A DNA stretch of 64,000 bases from Mycobacteriales bacterium (GTDB lineage: Bacteria; Actinomycetota; Actinomycetes; Mycobacteriales; Jatrophihabitantaceae). Each line of letters begins with the position of its first letter. Position 1 is the first letter of the stretch. A model generated the notes under the pieces. The model did no database searches and was not told the DNA's origin. It was given only the letters and a program-made list of their open reading frames with translations. The DNA lies in the NCBI GenBank assembly GCA_038207565.1, contig JBBQZQ010000009.1:13128-77127 (forward strand). Reading direction: 5' to 3'. The position numbers and the translations under genes were made by a program. This document shows, piece by piece, positions 9,878-20,843 of the stretch.

Positions 9878-11116
9878 TCAAGTCCCGAGCGCGGCGGCGA
9901 GGTCGCCGGCGAGGTCGCCGCGCGGGACCACGGCAACCCCGTTCAGTCCCAGCCAGCCTGCCGTGACGGCGAGTTCTGCGGCGAGCTCGGGGGCGACCTC
10001 GCTCGCCAGGTGCCCCGGTTCGAGGAAGGCGCTCTGCACGCGGAGCACCTTGGCCTGGCGATCAGCCTTGAGATCGACCCTCGCAACGAGCGAATCGCCG
10101 AGCAGGAACGGCAGGACGTAGTAGCCGTAGATGCGCTGGGCGGCCGGTGTGTAGATCTCGATGCGGTAGCGAAAGTTCCAGATGCGTTCGGTGCGCTCGC
10201 GAAACCACACCAGCGAGTCGAACGGCGAGAGCAGTGCCCGGGCGTTCACGCGACGTGGCTGCCGGGCCTCGTGCCAGAGGTATGCGGGCGCACCCCACCC
10301 GGCGACATCGACGGGGAGAAGTTCCCCGGAGTCCACCAGTTCGGCAACCCGCGACTTAGATACGGCGTGCGAGAGCCGGAAATAGTCACGCAGGTCGGGC
10401 TCGGTCGCCACCCCGAGGGCCCGCGCCGACACACGGATCAGGTCGCGGGTCGCGTCCTCGGGTGAGGGCGTCGGGACGGCGAGCACCTCGACCGGGAGCA
10501 CCCGCTCGGGCACGTCGTACAGCCGCTCGAAATTTACCCGCCGTGCCGCGGTCACCTCCCCCGCGTAGAACAGGTACTCCAGCGCGATCTTGCCGTCATG
10601 CCAGTTCCACATGTGTCCTGGGCGCGGCGCCTGGCGAGGGATGCCGGTGTCGCTCGCGCGGATCGGCCCGTGCTCGGCTACGAGCTGCCGAACGACCGCG
10701 AGCAGCTCCGGCTGCTCTCGGGCGAAGCGTTTGATGACCGGCCACGGATCCGTCTGCGCACGCGCCATCCTCCAGCGCAACATCGGCTGCAGTTCGACGG
10801 GCACCAGAGATGCCTCATGCGCCCAGTACTCGAACAGCTCGCGCCGTATCGGCCCGGCCGTGTGTGCAGTCAGCGAATCAAGCAGTGCGTGCGAGTACGG
10901 GCCGAGCCGGGCGAAAATGGGCAGATAGTGGGTGCGGGAGAAGACATTCACCGAGTCGATCTGCAGCAGCCCGATACGCGACAGCACCCGGCGGATGTGC
11001 CGGGCGTCCACCCGGCCGCTCGGGCGCGGATCGAGAAAACCCTGCGCCGCCAACGCGATCCGCCGGGCCTGCATCGCGGTCAGCCGATCGACCGGTGCGG
11101 GTGGGGGTGCGGGCAC
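9878..11116 (-). CDS. Winged-helix YcaQ/AlkZ-family DNA glycosylase (interstrand-crosslink repair family)
   Basis: 412 aa. ARRIALAAQGF...LLQIDSVNVFSRTHYLPIFARLGPY and FRYRIEIYTPAAQRIYGYYVLPFL are typical of DUF1006/YcaQ. The start could be ATG 11074. Confidence 0.7.
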   Translation of the reverse strand: MPAPPPAPVDRLTAMQARRIALAAQGFLDPRPSGRVDARHIRRVLSRIGLLQIDSVNVFSRTHYLPIFARLGPYSHALLDSLTAHTAGPIRRELFEYWAHEASLVPVELQPMLRWRMARAQTDPWPVIKRFAREQPELLAVVRQLVAEHGPIRASDTGIPRQAPRPGHMWNWHDGKIALEYLFYAGEVTAARRVNFERLYDVPERVLPVEVLAVPTPSPEDATRDLIRVSARALGVATEPDLRDYFRLSHAVSKSRVAELVDSGELLPVDVAGWGAPAYLWHEARQPRRVNARALLSPFDSLVWFRERTERIWNFRYRIEIYTPAAQRIYGYYVLPFLLGDSLVARVDLKADRQAKVLRVQSAFLEPGHLASEVAPELAAELAVTAGWLGLNGVAVVPRGDLAGDLAAALGT

Positions 11117-11191
11117 GCCACGACCCTAGGCCTCAGCTCAGACATGCCCGATCCACGCCGCGGGCGCACCGGGCCGTGACACCATGAGCCG

Positions 11192-11848
11192 ATGTTCGAG
11201 AACCTGGTCGAGTCGATCGGAAACGCGGTCGGCGCCTGGCTCTACCTCATCGCCGGCGGGTTGTGCTTCGCCGAGGCCGCGATCCTGGTCGGGATGGTGC
11301 TGCCCGGCGAGACCGCATTGCTGGTGGCCGGTGTCTTCGCCGCACACGGGAAGCTCAACCTGGTGGTCATGATCATTGTGGCCTTCGTGTCTGCGGTCGC
11401 CGGCGACTCCGTCGGGTTCGAGTTCGGCAAGAAGTTCGGGCCGTCGCTGCGCGGTTCCCGGCTGGGACGTTGGGTCGGCGAACACCGCTGGGCGACGGTC
11501 GACGGGTTCCTGCACCGCCACGGCGGCAAGGCCGTGCTGTTCGGCCGCCTCACCGCGCTGCTGCGTGCGTTGGTCCCGTCGATGGCGGGCATGAGCGGGA
11601 TGAAGTACCGCACCTTCATCGTGTGGAATGTGATCGGCGCCCTCATCTGGGCACCCGGCTGTGTCCTTCTCGGCTACGGATTTTCCAAGTCGCTGGACGT
11701 CGTCGGCAGCGTGCTCACCTGGGCGCCGCTCGCGATCGTCGCGGTCGTGATCATCGTCGCGGTCGTTCTGCGAGTGCGCCGTAGCCGCCTCGAAGGCGCT
11801 GAGGCCGAGGCATACGCCGACTCCGACGCTGCGGCCTCGGACGTCTGA
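11192..11848 (+). CDS. DedA-family membrane protein
   Basis: 218 aa. LPGETALLVAGVFAAHG...AVAGDSVGFEFGKKFG and GRLTALLRALVPSMAGMSGM match the DedA/SNARE-associated domain. Confidence 0.8.
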   Translation: MFENLVESIGNAVGAWLYLIAGGLCFAEAAILVGMVLPGETALLVAGVFAAHGKLNLVVMIIVAFVSAVAGDSVGFEFGKKFGPSLRGSRLGRWVGEHRWATVDGFLHRHGGKAVLFGRLTALLRALVPSMAGMSGMKYRTFIVWNVIGALIWAPGCVLLGYGFSKSLDVVGSVLTWAPLAIVAVVIIVAVVLRVRRSRLEGAEAEAYADSDAAASDV

Positions 11849-12054
11849 CGCCCGAGCGTCCGGGCCAGCCACCTATTCGTCCCGGGTGCGCGCGGGCACA
11901 CCTTCTACCTCGGTTTGGGTGCGTACTTCGCCACACCACGTTCGGCACGCTGGGCGACGGATCACTCGGTAAGCGCCTCGATACCGCCAGCCCGGCCGGG
12001 GTTTCGCTGGCGATCGGTGCGATTACTACGTCCTCGCCTGGACCCTCGGTCGCG

Positions 12055-12441
12055 GTGGACGCGCCGCCGGCCGGGCGTGGTGTTCGCGCCGTCGGATTCC
12101 TGGCTGTCGCGGTCGGCATCGCCGCGCTGCATCCGGACCTGCACAAGATCGGCACCGGCACCGCGCCGATGTTGGTCGGTGCGATTCTCTCCGCCTACGG
12201 CGCGCGCTACGACCGTCGGTTCACGACGTGGGTCTGGGCGCTCGGCGTAGGTCTGGGCGCGGTGCTGGTGCTCACCGATCTGATCACGGGCGGCGCGACG
12301 CTCGGCATCGCGCTGATCATTGCCGGCGTCGTGCTCATCGCCGCCGGACGGGCGCTCGCGCGCGCGCTGGATGAACCGGACGACATCGTGGCCACCACAC
12401 CAGGTTCGACCGTTGCGACCGGAACTCGGTTCGGCCAGTAG
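12055..12441 (+). CDS. Hypothetical membrane protein
   Basis: 128 aa with three or four hydrophobic segments (FLAVAVGIAAL, MLVGAILSAY, VWALGVGLGAVLVL, GIALIIAGVVLIAA). No family recognised. Confidence 0.45.
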   Translation: MDAPPAGRGVRAVGFLAVAVGIAALHPDLHKIGTGTAPMLVGAILSAYGARYDRRFTTWVWALGVGLGAVLVLTDLITGGATLGIALIIAGVVLIAAGRALARALDEPDDIVATTPGSTVATGTRFGQ

Positions 12442-12451
12442 GGTCCTCAGC

Positions 12452-13006
12452 GTGGCCGATGTGAGCGTGCGTCCCGCCCGGGCGGGAGACGTCAGCGAGA
12501 TCGCACGCATCCAACTGGAGACCTGGCGCTTCGGTTACCGCGACGTCGTCCCGGCTGCGGTGCTCGACGCGTTGACGCCCGAGGTGGCGATCGCCGCATG
12601 GCGCGAGGCCGTCACCTCGCCGCCGTCGCCGAAGCATCGCGTGTTGGTCGCCGTGGAGCAGGATCGGGTCGTCGGGTTTGCTGCCATCGCCGCCGCCGAC
12701 GACGGGCTTGCGGACAACGGGCTTGCCGAGGGCGCCGATGCCCAACACACCGCTCTCGTGGGGCCATTGCTCGTCGAACCGAGGTGGGGACGGCGCGGTC
12801 ACGCCTCGCGACTGATGGCCGCAACGGTCGACAGCCTGCGCCAGGACGGCGTCGTCCACGCACTCGTCTGGATCCCGGAAGCCGACACCGCGTCGCGAGA
12901 ATTCCTGGTCGGCGCGGGGTGGGCCCTGGACGGCATGGCCCGGGCGCTGGACACCGGTGCGGGCGAACTGCGCGAAGTACGACTGCACACGACTCTGCCG
13001 GGCTGA
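12452..13006 (+). CDS. GNAT-family N-acetyltransferase
   Basis: Start set at GTG 12452 (VADVSVRPARAGDVSEIARIQ). GNAT motif A region LLVEPRWGRRGHASRLMAA. The upstream part of track ORF 12320.. overlaps the previous gene. Confidence 0.7.
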   Translation: MADVSVRPARAGDVSEIARIQLETWRFGYRDVVPAAVLDALTPEVAIAAWREAVTSPPSPKHRVLVAVEQDRVVGFAAIAAADDGLADNGLAEGADAQHTALVGPLLVEPRWGRRGHASRLMAATVDSLRQDGVVHALVWIPEADTASREFLVGAGWALDGMARALDTGAGELREVRLHTTLPG

Positions 13007-13022
13007 CGGCGCAGCACGACGG

Positions 13023-13544
13023 TCAGGATCGTTCGGCCAGTTCCAGGTGGTCGGCGAGATCGCGCCACATGGCCGCGCGCATCGGTATCGGCATCGCGTT
13101 GTTCGCACCGGACGGTCCGGGCAGCACGAACGCCGGACGCCCGCCCACCTGCCACGGTGCCGGACCGTAGCCCTTCGGCAACCGCAGCCTCGCCGCGCGG
13201 GCGAAGTTCGTGGCGGCATCCTTGCTCACGAACGCAACGGCGCCGGGACGGTAGCGACGCAGCTTTGCCAGGAGCTCCTCCAGCTCGTAGTCGACCCGGA
13301 CGACCCGGCCGTTGTGCCGGGTCAGGGTCGCGTACAGGTCGGTGAGCCCGATGCCGTACGCGGGCAGGGTGTGATCGTCTTCGGGTGTGAGTCGCGCCGG
13401 TGTCAGCCCGATCTCGTGCAGCAGCAGCCAGAAGATGTTGCCGGCTCCGCCGAAGTAGCGCTGGCGCGGTTGCCCCCCTTCGGTCGCGGCATTCCCGACG
13501 AACACGACATGTAACCCTTGCGCCAGGTGGTCGGGCAGCCTCAT
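13023..13544 (-). CDS. Mug-like mismatch-specific uracil-DNA glycosylase (UDG superfamily)
   Basis: GLHVVFVGNAA..., NIFW, GIGLTDL and VLPGPSGAN line up with E. coli Mug motifs (GINPG, NRFW, G.T.L, LPNPSG) as recalled. Start set at ATG 13544. Confidence 0.6.
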   Translation of the reverse strand: MRLPDHLAQGLHVVFVGNAATEGGQPRQRYFGGAGNIFWLLLHEIGLTPARLTPEDDHTLPAYGIGLTDLYATLTRHNGRVVRVDYELEELLAKLRRYRPGAVAFVSKDAATNFARAARLRLPKGYGPAPWQVGGRPAFVLPGPSGANNAMPIPMRAAMWRDLADHLELAERS

Positions 13545-13593
13545 CGTCCCAGCATGGCAAAGGCGCGGGGCGGCGACTCGATACGGTGGCTCG

Positions 13594-14220
13594 GTGAGCT
13601 TCACCGGCATCCCCGTCGCCGCGCTCGACTTCTATGAAGACCTCGAGGACGACAACACGAAGGCGTTCTGGGTCGAGCACAAGGCGATCTACGACGAGAT
13701 GGTCAAGGCGCCGACCGAGGCCCTCGCCCAGGAACTCGCGAAGGAGTTCGGTACGCCGAAGTTCTTCCGCCCCTACCGCGACGTGCGCTTCGCGAAGGAC
13801 AAGACGCCGTACAAGACCCACCAGGGCGTCTGGTTCGGCGAGTCGTCGATGTACTTCCAGATCGGTGCTGCCGGGCTGTTCGTCGCAGGCGGCTACTGGG
13901 AGACGTCCTCGGCGCAGGTCGACCGACTGCGTCGCGCGATCGCCGACGACGTGGCAGGTCCGGCGTTGGAGCGCGCGCTGGCGTCCGTTCGGAAGAAGGG
14001 GATGGCGATCGGTGGGCAGGAGCTGACTCGCGTGCCGTCGGGCTACCCCACGTCTCATCCCCGCGCGCACCTGCTGCGATACAAGAGCCTGACCGCTCGT
14101 CGTGAGTTGGGCTGTCCGGCCTGGCTGTCGACCCGGCGCGCGCAGAACGAGATCGCCAAGGCGTGGCGCAGCATCATGCCGCTCGTGTCCTGGCTCGACA
14201 CCCATGTCGGGCGTGGCTGA
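13594..14220 (+). CDS. DUF2461 (TIGR02453) family protein
   Basis: 208 aa. FYEDLEDDNTKAFWVEHKAIYDE...FRPYRDVRFAKDKTPYKTH is the characteristic DUF2461 N-terminal block. Confidence 0.75.
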   Translation: MSFTGIPVAALDFYEDLEDDNTKAFWVEHKAIYDEMVKAPTEALAQELAKEFGTPKFFRPYRDVRFAKDKTPYKTHQGVWFGESSMYFQIGAAGLFVAGGYWETSSAQVDRLRRAIADDVAGPALERALASVRKKGMAIGGQELTRVPSGYPTSHPRAHLLRYKSLTARRELGCPAWLSTRRAQNEIAKAWRSIMPLVSWLDTHVGRG

Positions 14221-14280
14221 GTGCCGCGGCGCCGGCGCGGACAGCGTCGGCGGCCCGGCGCTCAGCTTCTCGTCGGCGAC

Positions 14281-14715
14281 TTACCGGGTACGTGCGATGG
14301 CCTCCCGCATCGCAGCTCGCGCCCGCTTGCGATCACCGGCGAAGTCGTAGGCGACGGCGAGCCGGTACCACACGCGCCAGTCGGACGGATCGGTCTCGAC
14401 AGCCAGCTTGCGCGCGGCGAACAGTTCGTCGGCAGCGTCGCGGTCGATGCGCCCGGCCGGAGTGCGGGGCAGCTCCGGTTCCTCGGGCACGCCCTCGTCG
14501 TCGAGCAGCGCACCCAGGCGCTGCGTCGCCATGCCGAAGCGCACCTCGGCCACGACGACCCAGACGCCGATGAGCGGCAGCACGAGGACTGCGCCGCCGA
14601 GCACTCTGAGCGACAGCGCGTCCTGCCGCACCAGGTACACACCGCGGTAACCGATCAGCACGAAGTAGGCGGTCGAAGCGAGGAGCAGGAGCGCTACCAC
14701 GCGCCGGGCGCTCAT
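14281..14715 (-). CDS. Hypothetical membrane-anchored protein with a TPR-like C-terminus
   Basis: Start set at ATG 14715 (MSARRVVALLLLASTAYFVLIGY). Two TM segments, then WRVWYRLAVAYDFAGDRKRARAAMREAI. The track ORF extends upstream into dapB. Confidence 0.5.
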   Translation of the reverse strand: MSARRVVALLLLASTAYFVLIGYRGVYLVRQDALSLRVLGGAVLVLPLIGVWVVVAEVRFGMATQRLGALLDDEGVPEEPELPRTPAGRIDRDAADELFAARKLAVETDPSDWRVWYRLAVAYDFAGDRKRARAAMREAIARTR

Positions 14716-14731
14716 CTCTGCGGGGGCGCGC

Positions 14732-16838
<2,107 letters not shown>

Positions 16839-16868
16839 CCCCCGCAGTCTAGGGGGACCACCGACCAC

Positions 16869-16940
16869 GCCGGTCCCAGGCGGGCTTGATCCGCCGGTCC
16901 CAGGCGGGCTCGGTGCGCCGGTCCCAGGCGGGCTCGGTTC
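16869..16940. repeat. 3 x 24-bp tandem repeat immediately upstream of the M16 peptidase gene
   Basis: GCCGGTCCCAGGCGGGCT occurs at 16869, 16893 and 16917, each followed by 6 variable nt. A partial GGCGGGCT follows the third copy. Confidence 0.85.
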
Positions 16941-16947
16941 GGCGGGC

Positions 16948-17118
16948 TCAGTTCGGTGGACTGGGGACCGGCTCGGGCCCGGGTATCGGTCCCGGGTCCG
17001 GCATCGGCTCCGGAGTGGGCTGCGGGTACGGCTCCGGCGTCGGTTCCGGGTGCGGAATCGTGTCGGCAAGCAGTTCAAACGCGTCGACGGGTCGCTGCAG
17101 CGTTGCGATGTCGCCCAT
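16948..17118 (-). CDS. Hypothetical 56-aa Pro/Glu-rich small protein (below the ORF-track length cutoff)
   Basis: Manual translation gives MGDIATLQRPVDAFELLADTIPHPEPTPEPYPQPTPEPMPDPGPIPGPEPVPSPPN*. The strong SD GGAGGGAG lies 6 nt upstream of ATG 17118. Third-codon positions are mostly G/C. Confidence 0.35.
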   Translation of the reverse strand: MGDIATLQRPVDAFELLADTIPHPEPTPEPYPQPTPEPMPDPGPIPGPEPVPSPPN

Positions 17119-17176
17119 GGTGGACTCCCTCCGGGTTGGCGCTCACGCTACCCGGGGGCGGCTCGTCGTGGCACTT

Positions 17177-17677
17177 TCACCCCGAGTTGATCTCGACTGC
17201 GCGCTGGTAGAAGTCGTCGGAATACAGGACGAGGCGGGCGACGCCCTCGTTCGGCGCGGCGCGCATCGTATCGATCGCCTGCGTGATCGCGTCGTCGCGG
17301 GGCCAGCCGTACGCGCCGCCGGAGATGAGCGGGAAGGCGACCGACTCGGCACCGAGCGACGCGGCGAGGTCCAGTGCCGATCGGTAACAGCTGCGCAGCG
17401 TCTCGACAGTTCCCCGACCGTGGATCGGACCGACCGTGTGGATCACCCAGCGGGCCTCGAGCTCGCCGGCGGTCGTGGCAACGGCCTGCCCGGCACGCAG
17501 CCCGGTCGGGTAGTCGGTGCGCCGCAGTTCGCGGCAGGCAGCGAGGATCGCGGGTCCGCCGCGGCGATGGATCGCGCCGTCCACGCCACCGCCACCGAGC
17601 AGGGACGAATTGGCGGCGTTGACGATCGCGTCGACCTGCTGGGCGGTGATGTCGCCCTGGACCACCTCGATACGCAT
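17177..17677 (-). CDS. Macro-domain protein (O-acetyl-ADP-ribose deacetylase, YmdB/MacroD-like)
   Basis: MRIEVVQGDITAQQVDAIVNAANSSLLGGGGVDGAIHRRGG...FPLISGGAYGWP is the canonical macro domain. The ATG overlaps the Rrf2 stop by 1 nt (TGATG). Confidence 0.85.
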   Translation of the reverse strand: MRIEVVQGDITAQQVDAIVNAANSSLLGGGGVDGAIHRRGGPAILAACRELRRTDYPTGLRAGQAVATTAGELEARWVIHTVGPIHGRGTVETLRSCYRSALDLAASLGAESVAFPLISGGAYGWPRDDAITQAIDTMRAAPNEGVARLVLYSDDFYQRAVEINSG

Positions 17678-18132
17678 CAGCGCGGCAACCAGGCGTCCGG
17701 CTCGGCGATCAGCTTCCGAACGTGCGCCGGGAGTTTGCCCGACAACACCTGAGCCAGGGTCAGCTCGTCCAGCACCCGCCGCAGGCTGGCGCGCACAGCG
17801 ACCCACACCTCGGGCAGGTGCTCGGCCACGCCGTCGTAGATCGTCTCGTGCGGACGCAGGCCGCGGACCTCGGCCAGAGGTCCGTCGACCGCACGGATGA
17901 CTGCGCCCAGGGTGATCTCGGTGGACGGACGCGCCAGGGCGTACCCGCCGTCGGCGCCGCGCTGGCTGCGTACCAGTTGCGCGCGGCGCAGCTCGCCCAG
18001 GATCGCCTCGACGAACTTGCGGGGCAACCCCTGCTCGCGCACGATCGTGTCGACCTTGACCAGCTCGGGCTCGTGAGCGGCGAGGTTGAGCAAGGCACGT
18101 ATCGCGTAATCGGTCTTTGCCGAGATCTGCAC
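17677..18132 (-). CDS. Rrf2-family transcriptional regulator
   Basis: Start at GTG 18132: VQISAKTDYAIRALLNLA...LPRKFVEAILGELRRAQLVRSQRGADGGYALARP is the Rrf2 wHTH. No obvious three-Cys cluster ligand set is visible. Confidence 0.8.
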   Translation of the reverse strand: MQISAKTDYAIRALLNLAAHEPELVKVDTIVREQGLPRKFVEAILGELRRAQLVRSQRGADGGYALARPSTEITLGAVIRAVDGPLAEVRGLRPHETIYDGVAEHLPEVWVAVRASLRRVLDELTLAQVLSGKLPAHVRKLIAEPDAWLPR

Positions 18133-18152
18133 GCTGACAGTTTGGCAGGCGC

Positions 18153-19088
18153 TCAGGCGAGCGCCCGCACCCACACACGGGAACCACTCGTCAATGCCAT
18201 CGCTTCGGCCTGGCCGCGCGTCAGCTGCGCCCACGGCTCGCTGTCGGCGGTCTGCAATTCGGCGCGGACCTCGAAGCCGATGCGCTGCACCCGGGTGACC
18301 TGTGCTTCGACCGAGTGCTCGACGTGCTCGCTGAACAGTTCGACGTCGTGCGGGCGGACCAGGCGGTTACCGAGCGTCGTGACCGGGCCCAGAAACTCCA
18401 TGACGAAGTCGTTCGCGGGCTTGTCGTAGAGATCGGCGGGCGTGCCGACCTGTTCGATCTTGCCCTGGTTGATCACGACGATCTCGTCGGAGACCTCGAG
18501 GGCCTCCTCCTGGTCGTGGGTCACGAACACGGTGGTCACGTGCACCTCGTCGTGCAGGCGGCGCAGCCAGTCCCGAAGTTCACGACGCACCTTCGTGTCG
18601 AGGGCTCCGAACGGCTCGTCGAGCAGCAACACCGACGGTTCCACCGCGAGTGCCCGGGCAAGAGCCATCCGCTGACGCTGGCCGCCCGACAACTGCGAGG
18701 GCAGCCGGTCGGCGAACTGCTCCAGGTGCACCAGTTCTAGCAGTTCGGTGACCCGCTTGCGGATTTCAGGCTTGGGCCGTTTGCGGATCTCCAGGCCGAA
18801 CGCGACGTTGCGATACACCGAGAGGTGCTTGAACGCGGCGTAGTGCTGGAACACGAAACCGACGTTGCGCCGCTGGGCAGGCAGGCCGGTCGCCTCCTGA
18901 CCGTCGATGCGCATGTGGCCGGAGTCAGCGTCCTCGAGTCCGCCGATGATCCGCAGCAGCGTGGACTTGCCGCCGCCGCTCGGTCCGAGCAGTGCCGTCA
19001 GGCGACCGCTCGGGACCGACAGGTCGACCTCGTCCAATGCGATGAAATTACCGAACCGCTTGACGATCCTGGTTGCTTCGATGCTCAT
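18153..19088 (-). CDS. cysA: Sulfate/thiosulfate ABC transporter ATP-binding protein
   Basis: Walker [10 protein letters not shown], signature LSGGQRQR, Walker B LLLDEPF, and a C-terminal TOBE-like tail. Confidence 0.85.
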   Translation of the reverse strand: MSIEATRIVKRFGNFIALDEVDLSVPSGRLTALLGPSGGGKSTLLRIIGGLEDADSGHMRIDGQEATGLPAQRRNVGFVFQHYAAFKHLSVYRNVAFGLEIRKRPKPEIRKRVTELLELVHLEQFADRLPSQLSGGQRQRMALARALAVEPSVLLLDEPFGALDTKVRRELRDWLRRLHDEVHVTTVFVTHDQEEALEVSDEIVVINQGKIEQVGTPADLYDKPANDFVMEFLGPVTTLGNRLVRPHDVELFSEHVEHSVEAQVTRVQRIGFEVRAELQTADSEPWAQLTRGQAEAMALTSGSRVWVRALA

Positions 19089-19981
19089 GCCGCGGCCTCC
19101 GATGTGCGGGCGGTGCGTTCCGGTCGCCTCAGCGAGACGATGATCATTGCCAGCACGGTGACAACGATCAGGACGAACGCCAGCTGGTACGCGCCCGGTT
19201 CGAGTTGTTCGACCCGCTCGTCCACCAGCAAGGTGGCGCTCTGGGTCTGGCCGTTGCCGCTGACGTTGCCGGACACGACCTTCACGGCACCGAACTCGCC
19301 GATCGAGCGGGCCAGGCTGAGCACCAGGCCGTAGGCGAGAGCGGGGCGGATCGTGGGCAGGGTGATGCGCAGGAAGCGTTGCAGTGCACTGGCACCGAGC
19401 ACCCTGGCCGCCTGCTCCTGATCGATGCCTTCTTCCTCCAGCACCGGCACGATCTCGCGCAGCACCAACGGCATGGAGACGAATGCGGTGGCCAGGATCA
19501 TGCCGGGGAGGGCGAAGATGACCTGCACCCCCACCTTCTCGAGACTGCTTCCGAACAGGCCGTTGAAGGGCCCGTACACCAGGACGAGTGCGAGCCCCAC
19601 GACGATCGGTGACACCGAGATCGGCAGGTCGGCGAGCGTCCCCAGCAGGCGCCGACCGCGGAAGCGGTAGCGCGTGATGAGCAGCGCGACGCCGACACCG
19701 AACACGGTGTTGATGAGGACGGCGGCCACCGCCACCTCCCCGGTCAGCCGGAACGCAGTCACGGCTTGTTCATTACTGATTGCCGCCCAGAAGACCGCCC
19801 ATCCGTCCCCGATCGTCTGCCAGGTGATGACCGCGAGCGGGATGAGCACCAGGACGCCGACGTAGAGGATGGCGATGCTGCGCTGGACCAGCTTCGCGCG
19901 GCCGTGCGAGAGCTGTCCGAACTTGGTAGCGGGTAGTGCACCGACATTGCTGGCGACAGCCGTCGCCGTTCCCTCAGCCAC
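19085..19981 (-). CDS. cysW: Sulfate ABC transporter permease CysW
   Basis: 298-aa polytopic permease with an EAA-type loop ([21 protein letters not shown]). 4-nt overlap with cysA. Confidence 0.8.
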   Translation of the reverse strand: MAEGTATAVASNVGALPATKFGQLSHGRAKLVQRSIAILYVGVLVLIPLAVITWQTIGDGWAVFWAAISNEQAVTAFRLTGEVAVAAVLINTVFGVGVALLITRYRFRGRRLLGTLADLPISVSPIVVGLALVLVYGPFNGLFGSSLEKVGVQVIFALPGMILATAFVSMPLVLREIVPVLEEEGIDQEQAARVLGASALQRFLRITLPTIRPALAYGLVLSLARSIGEFGAVKVVSGNVSGNGQTQSATLLVDERVEQLEPGAYQLAFVLIVVTVLAMIIVSLRRPERTARTSEAAA

Positions 19982-20843
19982 GGTGAGCCGCCCGTCGTTG
20001 CAGGATGTCGAGGCCGATGATGACCACGAGGCTCACCAGCAACAGGATCGTCGCGGTCGCCGCGGCACCCTGATAGTTGAAGCTCTGGATCTGCTGGAAG
20101 GCGTACATCGACGACACCTGGGTGCGGGGCAACCCGCCGGAGATCAGCAGCACCGATCCGTACTCGCCCATCGCGCGGGCGAAGGCCAGCGCTGCGCCGG
20201 ATGCGATCGCCGGCAGGAGCAGCGGCAGGACGATGCGCCGAAAGACCGTGCGCGGCGGCGCGCCGAGGCACGCAGCCGCCTGCTCGGCATCGCGATCGAG
20301 CGCCAGCAGGACCGGCTGAACGGTCCGCACGACGAAGGGCAGCGTGACGAACAGCAGCGCGAACACCACAGCTCGTTGCGTTCCGAGCAGGTTGATCCCA
20401 ACCGGACTGTCGGTGCCGTAGACGCTCAACAGCACGAGTCCCGCGACGATGGTGGGCAGCGCGAACGGAACGTCGATGATCGTCTCGACGACTCGTCGGC
20501 CGACGAAATCGTCGCGCACGAGGACCCAGGCGATGAGCGTGCCCATCACGGCGTTGACAGCTGCGACGAATAGCGAGCTCAGCACTGTGAGGCGCAGGGC
20601 GTTGAGCGCCTGCTTGGCCGTGATCGCGTCCCAGAACGCGCCCCAACCACCGTCCATGCTGCGCACGACGACTGCGGCGAGCGGAATCAGAACGAGCAGG
20701 CTGAGCCAGAGCACCGCGGTGCCGAGGCCGAGGCCGGACGCGGCACCCAGCTTCTGCCCGGCCGGTGCGTCGTCGCGCACCGGCCGGTGACCAGCCTCGC
20801 CCTGCGCCGAACCGCCGACGTCGGGGGCGGCTACCAGCGTCAT
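19974..20843 (-). CDS. cysT: Sulfate ABC transporter permease CysT
   Basis: Start at ATG 20843 (MTLVAAPDVGG...), overlapping the binding-protein stop (ATGA). EAA loop EQAAACLGAPPRTVFRRIVLP. Confidence 0.8.
   Translation of the reverse strand: MTLVAAPDVGGSAQGEAGHRPVRDDAPAGQKLGAASGLGLGTAVLWLSLLVLIPLAAVVVRSMDGGWGAFWDAITAKQALNALRLTVLSSLFVAAVNAVMGTLIAWVLVRDDFVGRRVVETIIDVPFALPTIVAGLVLLSVYGTDSPVGINLLGTQRAVVFALLFVTLPFVVRTVQPVLLALDRDAEQAAACLGAPPRTVFRRIVLPLLLPAIASGAALAFARAMGEYGSVLLISGGLPRTQVSSMYAFQQIQSFNYQGAAATATILLLVSLVVIIGLDILQRRAAHRG

Noticed and set aside
12799-14205. 468-aa minus-strand ORF
   Set aside because: It spans and opposes three well-supported genes (GNAT, Mug-like partly in another frame, DUF2461). 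It has no motifs and is a GC-shadow ORF.
16869-16940. CRISPR array hypothesis for the short repeats (also 45861-45957, 916-974 and 32043-32108)
   Set aside because: The units are contiguous tandem repeats of 15-36 bp without unique spacers of comparable length, and no cas genes are present. They are VNTR-like, not CRISPR.
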